From positions 1,696,001 to 1,760,000 of the forward strand of contig CAXXLF010000002.1 in NCBI GenBank assembly GCA_963664015.2: a stretch of DNA of 64,000 nt. Reading direction: 5' to 3'. Positions 21,348-30,629 of the stretch are shown piece by piece. A program made the position numbers and the translations under genes. The first letter of the stretch is position 1, and each line of letters begins with the position of its first letter. Below the pieces are notes generated by a model. That model saw only the letters and a program-made list of their open reading frames with translations. It had not been told where the DNA came from and did not search any database. This DNA is from Candidatus Binatia bacterium (GTDB taxonomy: Bacteria > Desulfobacterota > Binatia > UBA9968 > CAXXLF01).

Positions 21348-22919
21348 ATGGAAACGGTAACCATCACCATCGACGGGCAGGAACTCCAGGCCGGAAAAGA
21401 CCGAACGGTCATCCAAGCGGCTTCGGAAGCGGGGATCGACATTCCCCACTACTGCTATCACCCCAAGCTTTCCATTGCGGGCAACTGCCGCATGTGTCTG
21501 GTGGAGATCGAGAAAATTCCTAAGCTTCAGATCGCCTGCAACACCCTGGTGCGGGACGGGATGGTCGTCAAATCCCAGAGCCCCCAGGTCATAGAGGCAC
21601 GCCGGGGAGTCCTGGAATTTCTCCTGATCAATCATCCTCTGGACTGTCCCATTTGCGACCAGGCCGGCGAGTGCTGGTTGCAGAATTATTATATGGAGTA
21701 CTCCATGGAGGGCAGCCGGTTCAGCGAAAGGAAGGAGCCGGAACGCAAACGCCAGCCCTTTGGCCCCCATGTGGTTTTCGATTCCGAGCGATGCATAAAG
21801 TGTACCCGTTGTGTGCGGTTCTTAGACGAAATCACCGAAACCCATGAGCTTACCGTCATGAACCGGGGTGACGACTCGACCATCGCTCTGTTCCCCGGCA
21901 AGACTCTCGACAACCCCTTCTCGGCCAACGTGAATGACATCTGTCCTGTGGGGGCACTGACCGATCGAGACTTCCGCTTCAAGGTGCGTATTTGGTACCT
22001 CAAGTCCACACCTTCAATCTGCCCCGGATGCAGTACCGGATGTAACATCAATGTCGAGACCTACCAGAACCGTATCGCTCGCTTCAAACCCCGGGTCAAC
22101 GAATCGGTCAATAACCACTGGATCTGCGACGAGGGCCGTTATTGTTTTAATGACCTAACGGAAGGAGAGCGTCTCACCTCCCCATGGGTACGCCAAGAGG
22201 GTGGGACCCTGATTCCGACGGATTGGGAAACGGCCCTCCATGCGGTCCTGGGTGGGATGAAGGCCTCGGGAAGCAACGCGGGTCTGATTTCCGGGAGAAG
22301 CACCAATGAGGAGGCTTTTCTTTTTACCAAACTCATGAGCGGCATGACACCGCAAGCCGCTCTCGAGGTCGCCTATCAGGAACGGGAACTGACAGCCGTG
22401 GAACGAAAGCTCAAGAGTCCCGACCGGAGCCCGAATTTCCGCGGTGCCAGGGAGATGGGTGCGGGGTCTGATCTTGGTCTCGAAGGTTGGGTCGAGAAAC
22501 TCCTTCAGGGCGAGTTCCGCAGCCTCTATCTGATCGGCGAGGACTTGGCTTCGCAGGTTCGCGACGGGGACCGAACCCAACGGGCACTCAAAGGCCTCGC
22601 CTTTTTGGTGGTCCAGGACATCCGGATGACTGAAACCGCCCAGTTGGCCCACGTCGTGTTGCCTGCAATCCATTTCGGTGAAAAGGACGGCACCTATACC
22701 AACCGACAGGGGAGGATTCAGAGGCTTCGTCCCGCTTTGATCGCACCGACAGGAGCTCTACCAGATCACGAGATCTTTAACCGCTTGCTGCTCGCCGCCC
22801 GAATTCCATCGCCCGGTCAGAGTCCCAAGGAAATCTTCGGAAAAATCGCATCTGAGGTACCCCGATACCAGGGCGTGGATTATGACAGCCTTGGAGAGTC
22901 CGGTGTGCAGCCCGATTGA
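21348..22919 (+). CDS. nuoG: NADH-quinone oxidoreductase subunit G (short form)
   Basis: CYHPKL..AGNCRMC, HPLDCPICDQAGEC, CIKCTRC and CPGCSTGC. Confidence 0.93.
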   Translation: METVTITIDGQELQAGKDRTVIQAASEAGIDIPHYCYHPKLSIAGNCRMCLVEIEKIPKLQIACNTLVRDGMVVKSQSPQVIEARRGVLEFLLINHPLDCPICDQAGECWLQNYYMEYSMEGSRFSERKEPERKRQPFGPHVVFDSERCIKCTRCVRFLDEITETHELTVMNRGDDSTIALFPGKTLDNPFSANVNDICPVGALTDRDFRFKVRIWYLKSTPSICPGCSTGCNINVETYQNRIARFKPRVNESVNNHWICDEGRYCFNDLTEGERLTSPWVRQEGGTLIPTDWETALHAVLGGMKASGSNAGLISGRSTNEEAFLFTKLMSGMTPQAALEVAYQERELTAVERKLKSPDRSPNFRGAREMGAGSDLGLEGWVEKLLQGEFRSLYLIGEDLASQVRDGDRTQRALKGLAFLVVQDIRMTETAQLAHVVLPAIHFGEKDGTYTNRQGRIQRLRPALIAPTGALPDHEIFNRLLLAARIPSPGQSPKEIFGKIASEVPRYQGVDYDSLGESGVQPD

Positions 22920-22934
22920 ATCGCATCATTAGCC

Positions 22935-24023
22935 ATGGTGGATCTAATGATCATAGGAGCCAAGGTCGCTCTCGTTCTGTTCATGGTATTGAACCTGGCG
23001 GGCATCATGGGCTGGGTTGAGAGAAAAGGGAGCGCTCTGATTCAGGATCGCATTGGTGCCAATCGCGCCTCCGTATTCGGATTTGCCGGTCTCGGACTGG
23101 TCAATACCCTGCTGGCCGATCCCATCAAGTTTTTAACCAAGGAGGACTTCATTCCTCCCAGGGGCGATAGGCTGCTGCACACATTGGCACCCTGCCTGGC
23201 CCTCTTCCCGGCTCTAGTCACCTTTGCGGTCATCCCCTTTGGTGACGTGCTGATCATAGGCGAGCGTACGATCAATCTGCAAGTGGCCAATATCAACGTG
23301 GGGATCCTCTACCTTTTCGCCTTCGGTTCCCTTGGAGTCTACGGCATCGTTATTGGCGCCTGGGCCTCGAATAACAAATTTTCCCTGTTGGGAGGAATCC
23401 GAGGATCGGCCCAGATGATCTCCTATGAAATCCCCCTTGGGTTATCGATCATGGGCATCCTGATGATTTACCAGACTCTGGAGCCGCAGCAGATCGTGCG
23501 CGGCCAGGGGGCCCTTCTATGGGGATGGCTCCCCGCATGGGGAATTGTCCTTCAGCCGGTGGCTTTCTTTCTCTTTTTTACTGCCGCCGTAGCGGAGGCC
23601 AAGAGAATTCCCTTTGACCTTCCCGAGGGCGAATCCGAACTCGCCGCCGGGTTTCATACGGAGTATTCGGGCGGTAAATTTCTCATGTTCTTTACCGCCG
23701 AGTTTGCCGAGATGGTCACCGCCGCCGCCCTCATCACGACATTATTTTTTGGTGGTTGGCAGGTTCCTTACCTCATGGGCGACGGCTTTCACTTTCCCTG
23801 GGGCTCGACTCTGCCTCTGCCACACCTCACTGTGGTGGTTCTTCAGGTCGCGGCCTTCATCACCAAGGTCTTTTTCTTCTCGTGGTTGTTTATTTTACTG
23901 CGTTGGACAGTTCCCCGATTCCGCTATGATCAGGTCATGCGCCTTGGTTGGAAGATGCTCCTCCCCCTGTCGTTGGTCAACCTGGTAGTAACCGCCGTGG
24001 TCATCGTCGTATGGGACTTTTAG
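22935..24023 (+). CDS. nuoH: NADH-quinone oxidoreductase subunit H
   Basis: IQDRIG, AQMISYE, PFDLPEGESEL and PRFRYDQ. Confidence 0.96.
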   Translation: MVDLMIIGAKVALVLFMVLNLAGIMGWVERKGSALIQDRIGANRASVFGFAGLGLVNTLLADPIKFLTKEDFIPPRGDRLLHTLAPCLALFPALVTFAVIPFGDVLIIGERTINLQVANINVGILYLFAFGSLGVYGIVIGAWASNNKFSLLGGIRGSAQMISYEIPLGLSIMGILMIYQTLEPQQIVRGQGALLWGWLPAWGIVLQPVAFFLFFTAAVAEAKRIPFDLPEGESELAAGFHTEYSGGKFLMFFTAEFAEMVTAAALITTLFFGGWQVPYLMGDGFHFPWGSTLPLPHLTVVVLQVAAFITKVFFFSWLFILLRWTVPRFRYDQVMRLGWKMLLPLSLVNLVVTAVVIVVWDF

Positions 24024-24035
24024 AGTAACCGATCC

Positions 24036-24536
24036 ATGAACGCCGAATTGATCACTTTTTATATCCTGGCGACATTGCTCATCGTGTCTTCCCTCTCGGT
24101 GATCTTCCAGAGAAATCCGATTTACAGCGCGCTCTCCCTCGTTGCGGCACTCTTTTTTGTTGCCGTTCTCTTTCTAACGCTGCAGGCACCGATGCTCGCT
24201 ATCCTGCAGATCCTCATCTATGCGGGCGCCATTATGGTTATTTTTCTCTTTGTCATTATGCTGCTCAATCCTGACGCTCGTGAGCCCAGGCGGTTCCTGT
24301 GGTGGGGTTTTGGCTCGCTGGCGGCCGGCATCCTCGCCCTCGAGCTGATTGCGTTGGTTATCCCTAGGGGCGCGAAGGTGTGGTCCGGCGGTGGTGCCGT
24401 AGGCCCAGACTTCGGCAGTCCCAAGAAACTCGCCGAGAGCCTCTTTACCGATTTCATGCTGCCCTTCGAGGTCGCGTCCGTTCTGCTCCTGGTCGCCCTT
24501 ATCGGAATCGTCGTTCTGGCCAAAAGGGAGGCCTGA
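24036..24536 (+). CDS. nuoJ: NADH-quinone oxidoreductase subunit J
   Basis: [20 protein letters not shown] and [11 protein letters not shown]. Confidence 0.95.
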   Translation: MNAELITFYILATLLIVSSLSVIFQRNPIYSALSLVAALFFVAVLFLTLQAPMLAILQILIYAGAIMVIFLFVIMLLNPDAREPRRFLWWGFGSLAAGILALELIALVIPRGAKVWSGGGAVGPDFGSPKKLAESLFTDFMLPFEVASVLLLVALIGIVVLAKREA

Positions 24537-24544
24537 TAAGAGCT

Positions 24545-24847
24545 ATGCTGTCACTCAACTACTATCTTGCACTGAGTGCTCTGATCTTTGCCATTGGTGT
24601 GATGGGCGTCATTATCCGGCGTAACCTGATCATCATCATGATGTCCATAGAGCTCATGCTCAATGCGGTTAATCTGGCCTTTGTGGCCTTGGCCCGTAGC
24701 CACGGCTCCATGGATGGGCAAACCATAGTGGTCTTTGTTATGGCAGTTGCGGCGGCTGAGGCCGTAGTGGGGCTGGCCATCGTCATTACCGTGTTCCGCC
24801 AGCGTCAGACCCTCGACCCCCAGGAGATGCAGCTTTTAAAAGGATAA
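24545..24847 (+). CDS. nuoK: NADH-quinone oxidoreductase subunit K
   Basis: ATG at 24545; [10 protein letters not shown] and [12 protein letters not shown]. Confidence 0.95.
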   Translation: MLSLNYYLALSALIFAIGVMGVIIRRNLIIIMMSIELMLNAVNLAFVALARSHGSMDGQTIVVFVMAVAAAEAVVGLAIVITVFRQRQTLDPQEMQLLKG

Positions 24848-24848
24848 C

Positions 24849-26741
24849 ATGGAATCTTCAGCCGTCATGGAAAGCTCATCCCTGCTACGCTGGATCCTCC
24901 TGGTCCCGCTACTTGGGGCGGTAATCAATATGATCTTCACTTCCTACAGGGACCGAAAAACGGCGGGGTGGCTGGCTTCCATCGCTCTCGCGGTTTCTTT
25001 CGGCCTGTCCCTGTGGATCTGGTTTGGGCTTTCCTCCGGTACCGTCTTGAACGATACACTGTTCACCTGGATCGAATCTCCGCCCTTCAAAGTGAAGATG
25101 TCCCTGTTGGTCGATCGGCTGACCCTCATTATGCTTCTGGTCATCACCGGCGTTGGGTTAATGATCCATATCTACTCCTTGGGCTATATGGGTAAGGACG
25201 AGGGCGGGGTACGTTACTTCGCGTACCTCAACCTCTTTATCTTCTTTATGCTTCTCCTGGTCCTCGCCGACAATCTACTGCTCCTCTTCGTCGGTTGGGA
25301 AGGCGTGGGGTTGTGTTCGTACCTCCTCATCGGGTTCTGGTATCAGGACCATACCAACACGATCGCCGCCAATAAGGCCTTTATCGTCAACCGCATCGGT
25401 GATGTCTGTTTCCTCCTGGGCCTCTTCCTGCTCTTTTGGGAGCTGGGACTCAAGGGGATCTGGACCTTGGACTTTGTCGAGCTCAAATCCCACGTCCACC
25501 TCCTATCGACGGGCAGGATTACCCTGATCACCCTGCTTCTGTTTGCCGGGGCGACGGGTAAGTCGGCCCAGATCCCCCTCTTTGTCTGGTTGCCGGATGC
25601 CATGCAGGGTCCAACACCGGTAAGCGCACTCATCCACGCGGCCACCATGGTGACCGCAGGCATCTATATGACCGCACGACTCCATTTCCTGTTTGCCCTG
25701 GCGCCTGCCACCCTGGCTGTGATTGCCGTGATCGGGGTCCTCACCGCCCTGTTCGCCGCCACTATCGCTACGGCGCAGAACGATATCAAACGGGTCCTAG
25801 CCTATTCCACCATTAGCCAGCTCGGCTACATGTTCCTCGCCGTTGGGGTGGGGGCATATTCGGCGGCTGTATTTCACCTCTTTACCCATGCCTTCTTCAA
25901 GGCATGCCTGTTTCTAAGCGCCGGCAGCGTGATTCACGGACTCCAGGGGGAGCAGGACATGAGGAAAATGGGGGGACTCAAAAGCTATTTTCCAAAGACC
26001 TACTGGACCTATCTCATTGCGGGATTGGCCCTATCCGGTGCGCCGTTAACCGCCGGCTTTTTCTCAAAGGACCAGATCCTGTGGCAGACCTTTAGTCACG
26101 GTTCGGTCTTGCTCTGGTTCGTAGCCTGGGGGACTGCCGGGCTTACAGCCTTTTACATGTTTCGCCAGTTCTTCATGGTCTTTCACGGCGAGTGCAAGGT
26201 GAACGATCACCTCCGCGCTCACATCCACGAGTCGCCCACCGTGATGACAGCGCCGCTCATGATTCTAGCTCTCGGATCTATCGTCACCGGATGGTTGGGA
26301 CTGCCCGAGTATCTGTTCGGCAGCGCTTGGGATCATTGGCTAGAACCGGTTTTTGGCACTCAAGTAAATGGCCACGGGGGAGTGCTTATAGAGATCCTGT
26401 TGATGCTGCTCACGGTCGGGTTAGCCGCAGGCGCCATCTATCTCGCATATCGCGCATACTCACCGCCATGGGTCGGCGGACTTCCCTACCGCCTTGCGCT
26501 GAACAAATACTACGTAGATGAGGTTTACGACTCATTGTTCGTTCGCCCCATGACTAGATTGGCTGATTGGTTTGCCCAGATCTTCGACATGGCTGTCGTG
26601 GATCGGTTCGTTAACGGTCTGGCTGCCCGTGTGCAGGCGAGTAGTTTTTTTTGGCGCCGCCTTCAGACCGGGAACGTTCAGCACTACCTGTTGTATTTCC
26701 TAGCCGGGACGCTTTTCGTACTGGGATATTATCTCTTTTAA
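24849..26741 (+). CDS. nuoL: NADH-quinone oxidoreductase subunit L
   Basis: GWEGVGLCSYLLIGFW, WLPDAMQGPTPVSALIHAATMV and HAFFKA. Confidence 0.96.
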   Translation: MESSAVMESSSLLRWILLVPLLGAVINMIFTSYRDRKTAGWLASIALAVSFGLSLWIWFGLSSGTVLNDTLFTWIESPPFKVKMSLLVDRLTLIMLLVITGVGLMIHIYSLGYMGKDEGGVRYFAYLNLFIFFMLLLVLADNLLLLFVGWEGVGLCSYLLIGFWYQDHTNTIAANKAFIVNRIGDVCFLLGLFLLFWELGLKGIWTLDFVELKSHVHLLSTGRITLITLLLFAGATGKSAQIPLFVWLPDAMQGPTPVSALIHAATMVTAGIYMTARLHFLFALAPATLAVIAVIGVLTALFAATIATAQNDIKRVLAYSTISQLGYMFLAVGVGAYSAAVFHLFTHAFFKACLFLSAGSVIHGLQGEQDMRKMGGLKSYFPKTYWTYLIAGLALSGAPLTAGFFSKDQILWQTFSHGSVLLWFVAWGTAGLTAFYMFRQFFMVFHGECKVNDHLRAHIHESPTVMTAPLMILALGSIVTGWLGLPEYLFGSAWDHWLEPVFGTQVNGHGGVLIEILLMLLTVGLAAGAIYLAYRAYSPPWVGGLPYRLALNKYYVDEVYDSLFVRPMTRLADWFAQIFDMAVVDRFVNGLAARVQASSFFWRRLQTGNVQHYLLYFLAGTLFVLGYYLF

Positions 26742-26913
26742 GTTGGGTTGTTAACGTTGTTTCAGGATAATGGACAACTCGCGAAGGGCGGAATATTCGG
26801 CACAGAGCAACCGGTACGCGGCCGGCAACGGGATGGAAGACTACTGACGACTGAGACCTGATTACCGAATCCTTTTTTATGAATACTCTCTCAAGGTTTG
26901 TGATGGTCGCTCT

Positions 26914-28470
26914 ATGACAGAATCGTTTCCAGGAATACTAACCCTACTCCTCGGCATCCCGCTGCTTGGCGCCGTGGTGATGGGTTTCATCCCCCGGAAC
27001 AGCAAGGGAAGCCTGTTTGGGTGCGCTCTGTTCTTTACCGTTTTGGATTTGCTCTGGTCACTCAACATTCTTTCCCGGTTCAATTCCACGCTGGGGGAAA
27101 TGCAGTTCGTGGAGCGGGTTGCCTGGATTCCGAGTTACGGGGTCGAGTATTTCATCGGGATTGACGGTCTCAGCCTCTTCCTCATTTTGCTCACTACTCT
27201 TCTCGGTCCCATCGCCATCCTGGCATCCTGGAGCATCGAGGAGAAGGTCAAAGAGTTCCTCCTGTTCATGCTCATCCTTCAAACCAGTATGCTGGGAACC
27301 CTGCTAGCCCTGGACCTCTTTCTCTTTTACGTTTTTTGGGAGGCCATGCTCATCCCCATGTATTTCATTATCGGGGTATGGGGCGGGCCTCGCCGCATCT
27401 ATGCGGCCCTCAAGTTCGTTATCTACACCATGAGTGGGAGCCTGATCATGCTAATTGGGATCATCGCACTGGTAACGACGGCGAGCCAACTCAACCAGAC
27501 TACCAGTTTCGACCTGCTGCGGCTTTACGACCTACGGCTTTCCTTTGAACAGCAGATGTGGCTTTTCCTGGCATTCTCCCTCTCCTTTGCTATCAAGGTT
27601 CCCCTTTTTCCTTTTCACACCTGGCTTCCCGATGCCCACGTTGAGGCACCTACAGCCGGTTCCGTGATCCTGGCGGGGGTCATGTTAAAGATGGGCACTT
27701 ATGGTTTTCTGCGCTTTGCGATCCCGCTTTTTCCCGACGCCGCCCGTGCGGCCGCTCCGTTCATCTCGACCCTTGCCGTCATTGGCGTCGTGTACGGGGC
27801 TCTTGTCGCAATGATGCAGAGTGATCTCAAAAAACTTGTGGCCTATTCGTCTGTGAGCCATCTGGGTCTGGTCATGCTGGGGCTCTTCGCCCTCAATCTG
27901 CAGGGAGTACAAGGGGCCGTCTATCAGATGATCAACCACGGCTTGTCCACTGCCGCCCTTTTCCTGGCCGTCGGGATGATCTACGAGAGACGCCATTCAC
28001 GGATGATAGCCGACTTTGGTGGCTTGTGGAAAGTGATCCCCCTCTTCTCCGTCATCTTTCTTGTCATCACGCTCTCTTCCATCGGCCTTCCCGGGCTCAA
28101 CGGGTTCGTCGGCGAGTTTTTGATTCTCCTCGGCGCCTTCAAGAACATGACCCCATGGGCCGTCGTTGCCGCCAGCGGGATCGTCCTGGCCGCCATCTAT
28201 ATGCTCTGGATGTACCGCCGGGTGTTCTTCGGCCCCATCTCCCCAGAGAACCAAACCCTTAAAGATGTGGGGACACGAGAGATCGTGGTGCTCGTTCCTA
28301 TCCTTGTACTGATCGTCTTTATGGGGATTTATCCCAAGCCCATTTTGAATCGCATATCGCCGTCGGTGGAGAAGATCATTGCCCGAATGGAGCGGCCCAC
28401 TACCCTGTCCCGCCAAACGCTAGAGGAACGACGAACAGCAGAGAAAGAGGGGGCTAGGCATGCAAATTAA
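26914..28470 (+). CDS. nuoM: NADH-quinone oxidoreductase subunit M
   Basis: FYVFWE, PFHTWLPDAHVEAPT and AYSSVSH. Confidence 0.96.
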   Translation: MTESFPGILTLLLGIPLLGAVVMGFIPRNSKGSLFGCALFFTVLDLLWSLNILSRFNSTLGEMQFVERVAWIPSYGVEYFIGIDGLSLFLILLTTLLGPIAILASWSIEEKVKEFLLFMLILQTSMLGTLLALDLFLFYVFWEAMLIPMYFIIGVWGGPRRIYAALKFVIYTMSGSLIMLIGIIALVTTASQLNQTTSFDLLRLYDLRLSFEQQMWLFLAFSLSFAIKVPLFPFHTWLPDAHVEAPTAGSVILAGVMLKMGTYGFLRFAIPLFPDAARAAAPFISTLAVIGVVYGALVAMMQSDLKKLVAYSSVSHLGLVMLGLFALNLQGVQGAVYQMINHGLSTAALFLAVGMIYERRHSRMIADFGGLWKVIPLFSVIFLVITLSSIGLPGLNGFVGEFLILLGAFKNMTPWAVVAASGIVLAAIYMLWMYRRVFFGPISPENQTLKDVGTREIVVLVPILVLIVFMGIYPKPILNRISPSVEKIIARMERPTTLSRQTLEERRTAEKEGARHAN

Positions 28471-29944
28471 TCAGGTTAATCTGGTTAATCCGGACACCCT
28501 TCCCTCCCTCGCGGAGCTTTGGCTGGCCGGTCCGGTCATCGAGATTCTGATCGCTGCCTTGACGGTGCTTCTCTTGGACCTCTTTTTAAAGGATGAGGAC
28601 AAGGGAGCCCTGACTTGGATCAGCGTCCTGGGCCTGGCCACTGCCGGAGCCATGTCCCTGGTCCTCTGGCCAAGTGGCGAAGGCATCCTTTTCAATAGCC
28701 TTCGCATCGACGGCTTCAGCCTATTTTTTACCAATCTCCTTCTCGCTGCGGCCATACTGACATTGCTGTCCTCGGTCCATTACCTGAAAGAGACAAACAT
28801 TCAGAAGGGCGAGTTCCACGCCCTGATTCTCTTCAGCACCTTTGGTATGATCCTCATGGCTATGGCCAACGACCTGATCCTGTTTTTTCTCGCACTCGAG
28901 ACCATGTCCATCGGTGTCTATGTCCTCACCGGCATGTGGCACCAGCGAAGCGCGGCGGGAGAGGCCGCCATGAAATATTTCTTGAACGGCGCCTTCGCCT
29001 CCGGTTTTCTCCTCTACGGTATCGCCTTGATCTATGGGGCAACCGGATCCACCAACCTGGAGCGTATCGGAGATTATCTTTCCCAAAACCCCTTACAGGG
29101 GAACTTTCTTTTAATTACCGGTGCCGTGCTTCTATTGATTGGCCTCGCCTTCAAGGTAGCCGCAGTCCCCTTCCATTTCTGGGCTCCGGACGTTTATGAG
29201 GGTGCGCCGACTCCAGTCACCGGGTTCATGGCCGTAGCGGTCAAGGCCGCCGCCTTTGCTGGTTGGATCCGCATCGTAATGCATCAACTGAGTCCCCTGG
29301 AAGACCAATTGTCCTTTATCCTCTGGGCTATCGCGATCCTTACGATGACGGTCGGTAACCTCCTGGCCCTGACCCAGTCCAGTGTCAAACGAATGCTTGC
29401 CTATTCGAGCATCGCTCATGCGGGGTATCTCCTCATTGGGGTTATCGCAGGAAACGACATGGGAGGTTCGGCTGTACTCTTTTATATGCTGGTTTACACC
29501 CTCATGACCCTGGGGGCCTTCGGTGTCCTGATGGCCCTTCAGCAAGCGGGCAAGGACAACGACTCGTATCAGGCCTTTGCGGGTATCGGTTTCAAGCACC
29601 GCTTCTTAGCCCTGGCCATGTCGATCTTCATGCTCTCATTGGCCGGGTTTCCCCCTTTTGGAGGGTTTACCGGAAAGTTTTACCTATTTCGCTCGGCCGT
29701 TGAATCCGGCCACACGGTCCTTTCCGTCATCGCTGTTTTGAACAGCGTATTGTCCGTGGCCTATTATCTACGGGTCATCGTGATGATGTATATGCAGGAA
29801 GGACGGGGAGAAGCGAAACCCTTTCGCCGCTCCCCCTACCTCTACACGGCCATCGCAATCACGGCCCTTGGCATCCTCTGGCTAGGCGTAGCGCCGGATT
29901 TCCCATTGGAGCTCAGTCGAATCTCCATCGCCTCGCTCCGCTGA
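28460..29944 (+). CDS. nuoN: NADH-quinone oxidoreductase subunit N (copy 2)
   Basis: EAAMKYF, PFHFWAPDVYEGAP and KRMLAYSSIAHAGY. Confidence 0.96.
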   Translation: MQINQVNLVNPDTLPSLAELWLAGPVIEILIAALTVLLLDLFLKDEDKGALTWISVLGLATAGAMSLVLWPSGEGILFNSLRIDGFSLFFTNLLLAAAILTLLSSVHYLKETNIQKGEFHALILFSTFGMILMAMANDLILFFLALETMSIGVYVLTGMWHQRSAAGEAAMKYFLNGAFASGFLLYGIALIYGATGSTNLERIGDYLSQNPLQGNFLLITGAVLLLIGLAFKVAAVPFHFWAPDVYEGAPTPVTGFMAVAVKAAAFAGWIRIVMHQLSPLEDQLSFILWAIAILTMTVGNLLALTQSSVKRMLAYSSIAHAGYLLIGVIAGNDMGGSAVLFYMLVYTLMTLGAFGVLMALQQAGKDNDSYQAFAGIGFKHRFLALAMSIFMLSLAGFPPFGGFTGKFYLFRSAVESGHTVLSVIAVLNSVLSVAYYLRVIVMMYMQEGRGEAKPFRRSPYLYTAIAITALGILWLGVAPDFPLELSRISIASLR

Positions 29945-30008
29945 TTCAGACCCACAAAGAGGAACAAGAGCTGAGTAGGTCCGCAAAGCGCTCAGAGCCG
30001 GAGATCAG

Positions 30009-30042
30009 AAGTCAGCTGCTCTACCAACTGAGCTACCAGCCC
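30009..30042 (-). pseudogene. tRNA 5'-half fragment (acceptor 5' strand, D-arm, 5' side of anticodon arm)
   Basis: GGGCTGGTAGCTCAGTTGGTAGAGCAGCTGACTT on the minus strand; no T-arm follows. Confidence 0.8.
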
Positions 30043-30227
30043 ACAAACGCCAACACGATATACCAAAAAATACCAAACCTGTCGACGACCTTTAATAGCG
30101 TATACCTGCGTATACTTTTTATAGACCAGAAAAACTTAAGTGAATAAATCTATAAGTTATTGATATTATTATCTTATTATAGATATTGTGACAGGTTTAA
30201 CAAATTGACCCGGTGATTATAAGTCAG
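30009..30227 (-). mobile_element. Miniature integrative-element remnant bounded by a 7-bp direct repeat (AAGTCAG), carrying permuted tRNA fragments
   Basis: AAGTCAG at 30009-30015 and 30221-30227; tRNA 5' half at 30042-30009 (-); anticodon-arm piece at 30227-30207 (-); AT-rich interior with tandem repeats and an IHF-like site. Confidence 0.55.
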
Positions 30228-30628
30228 AGGTCAAAGGTCAGAATGATACTAGGCAGTGAGCAACAAATCAGGACAGAGTGGTAAGTGCCAAGGGTGGAGC
30301 GAACATGAAGCTATCAACTAATAGCTAAATAGGCGCAAAAGAGATCAAAAACTCGAATAACGAAAACCTAAATCCGAAATAAATTCAAATGGCAAAATGC
30401 CTAATTTCCAAACTAGAGAATTGAATAGTTTGGGACTTTGGTAATTTAAATTTGGGTATTGATTAAAGTTTCGGAATTCGGATTTTGGATTTGATGTCTA
30501 TCTGCAGTTAAAGAATCCGAATTCTGAGAACTATAGTCCGGACGCTATGCGCCATCCTCTTTGCGCTTTGCTTTCTTGCTGCCTACTGCAAACTGCCTGG
30601 TGTCTTACTCTTCCCCTCAGCGCTTTGC
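30228..30628. repeat. Nested heptamer-repeat palindromic intergenic element (copy B)
   Basis: AAATCCGAA...TTCGGATTT-type core hairpin; 30400-30475 homologous to 8140-8215 in inverted orientation; 21-bp CTCTTCCCCTCAGCGCTTTGC identical to 8334-8354. Confidence 0.75.
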
Positions 30629-30629
30629 A

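Noticed and set aside
30009-30227. A complete, intron-containing tRNA gene
   Set aside because: The fragments are in permuted order and no T-arm (GGTTCGA) or 3' acceptor strand is found
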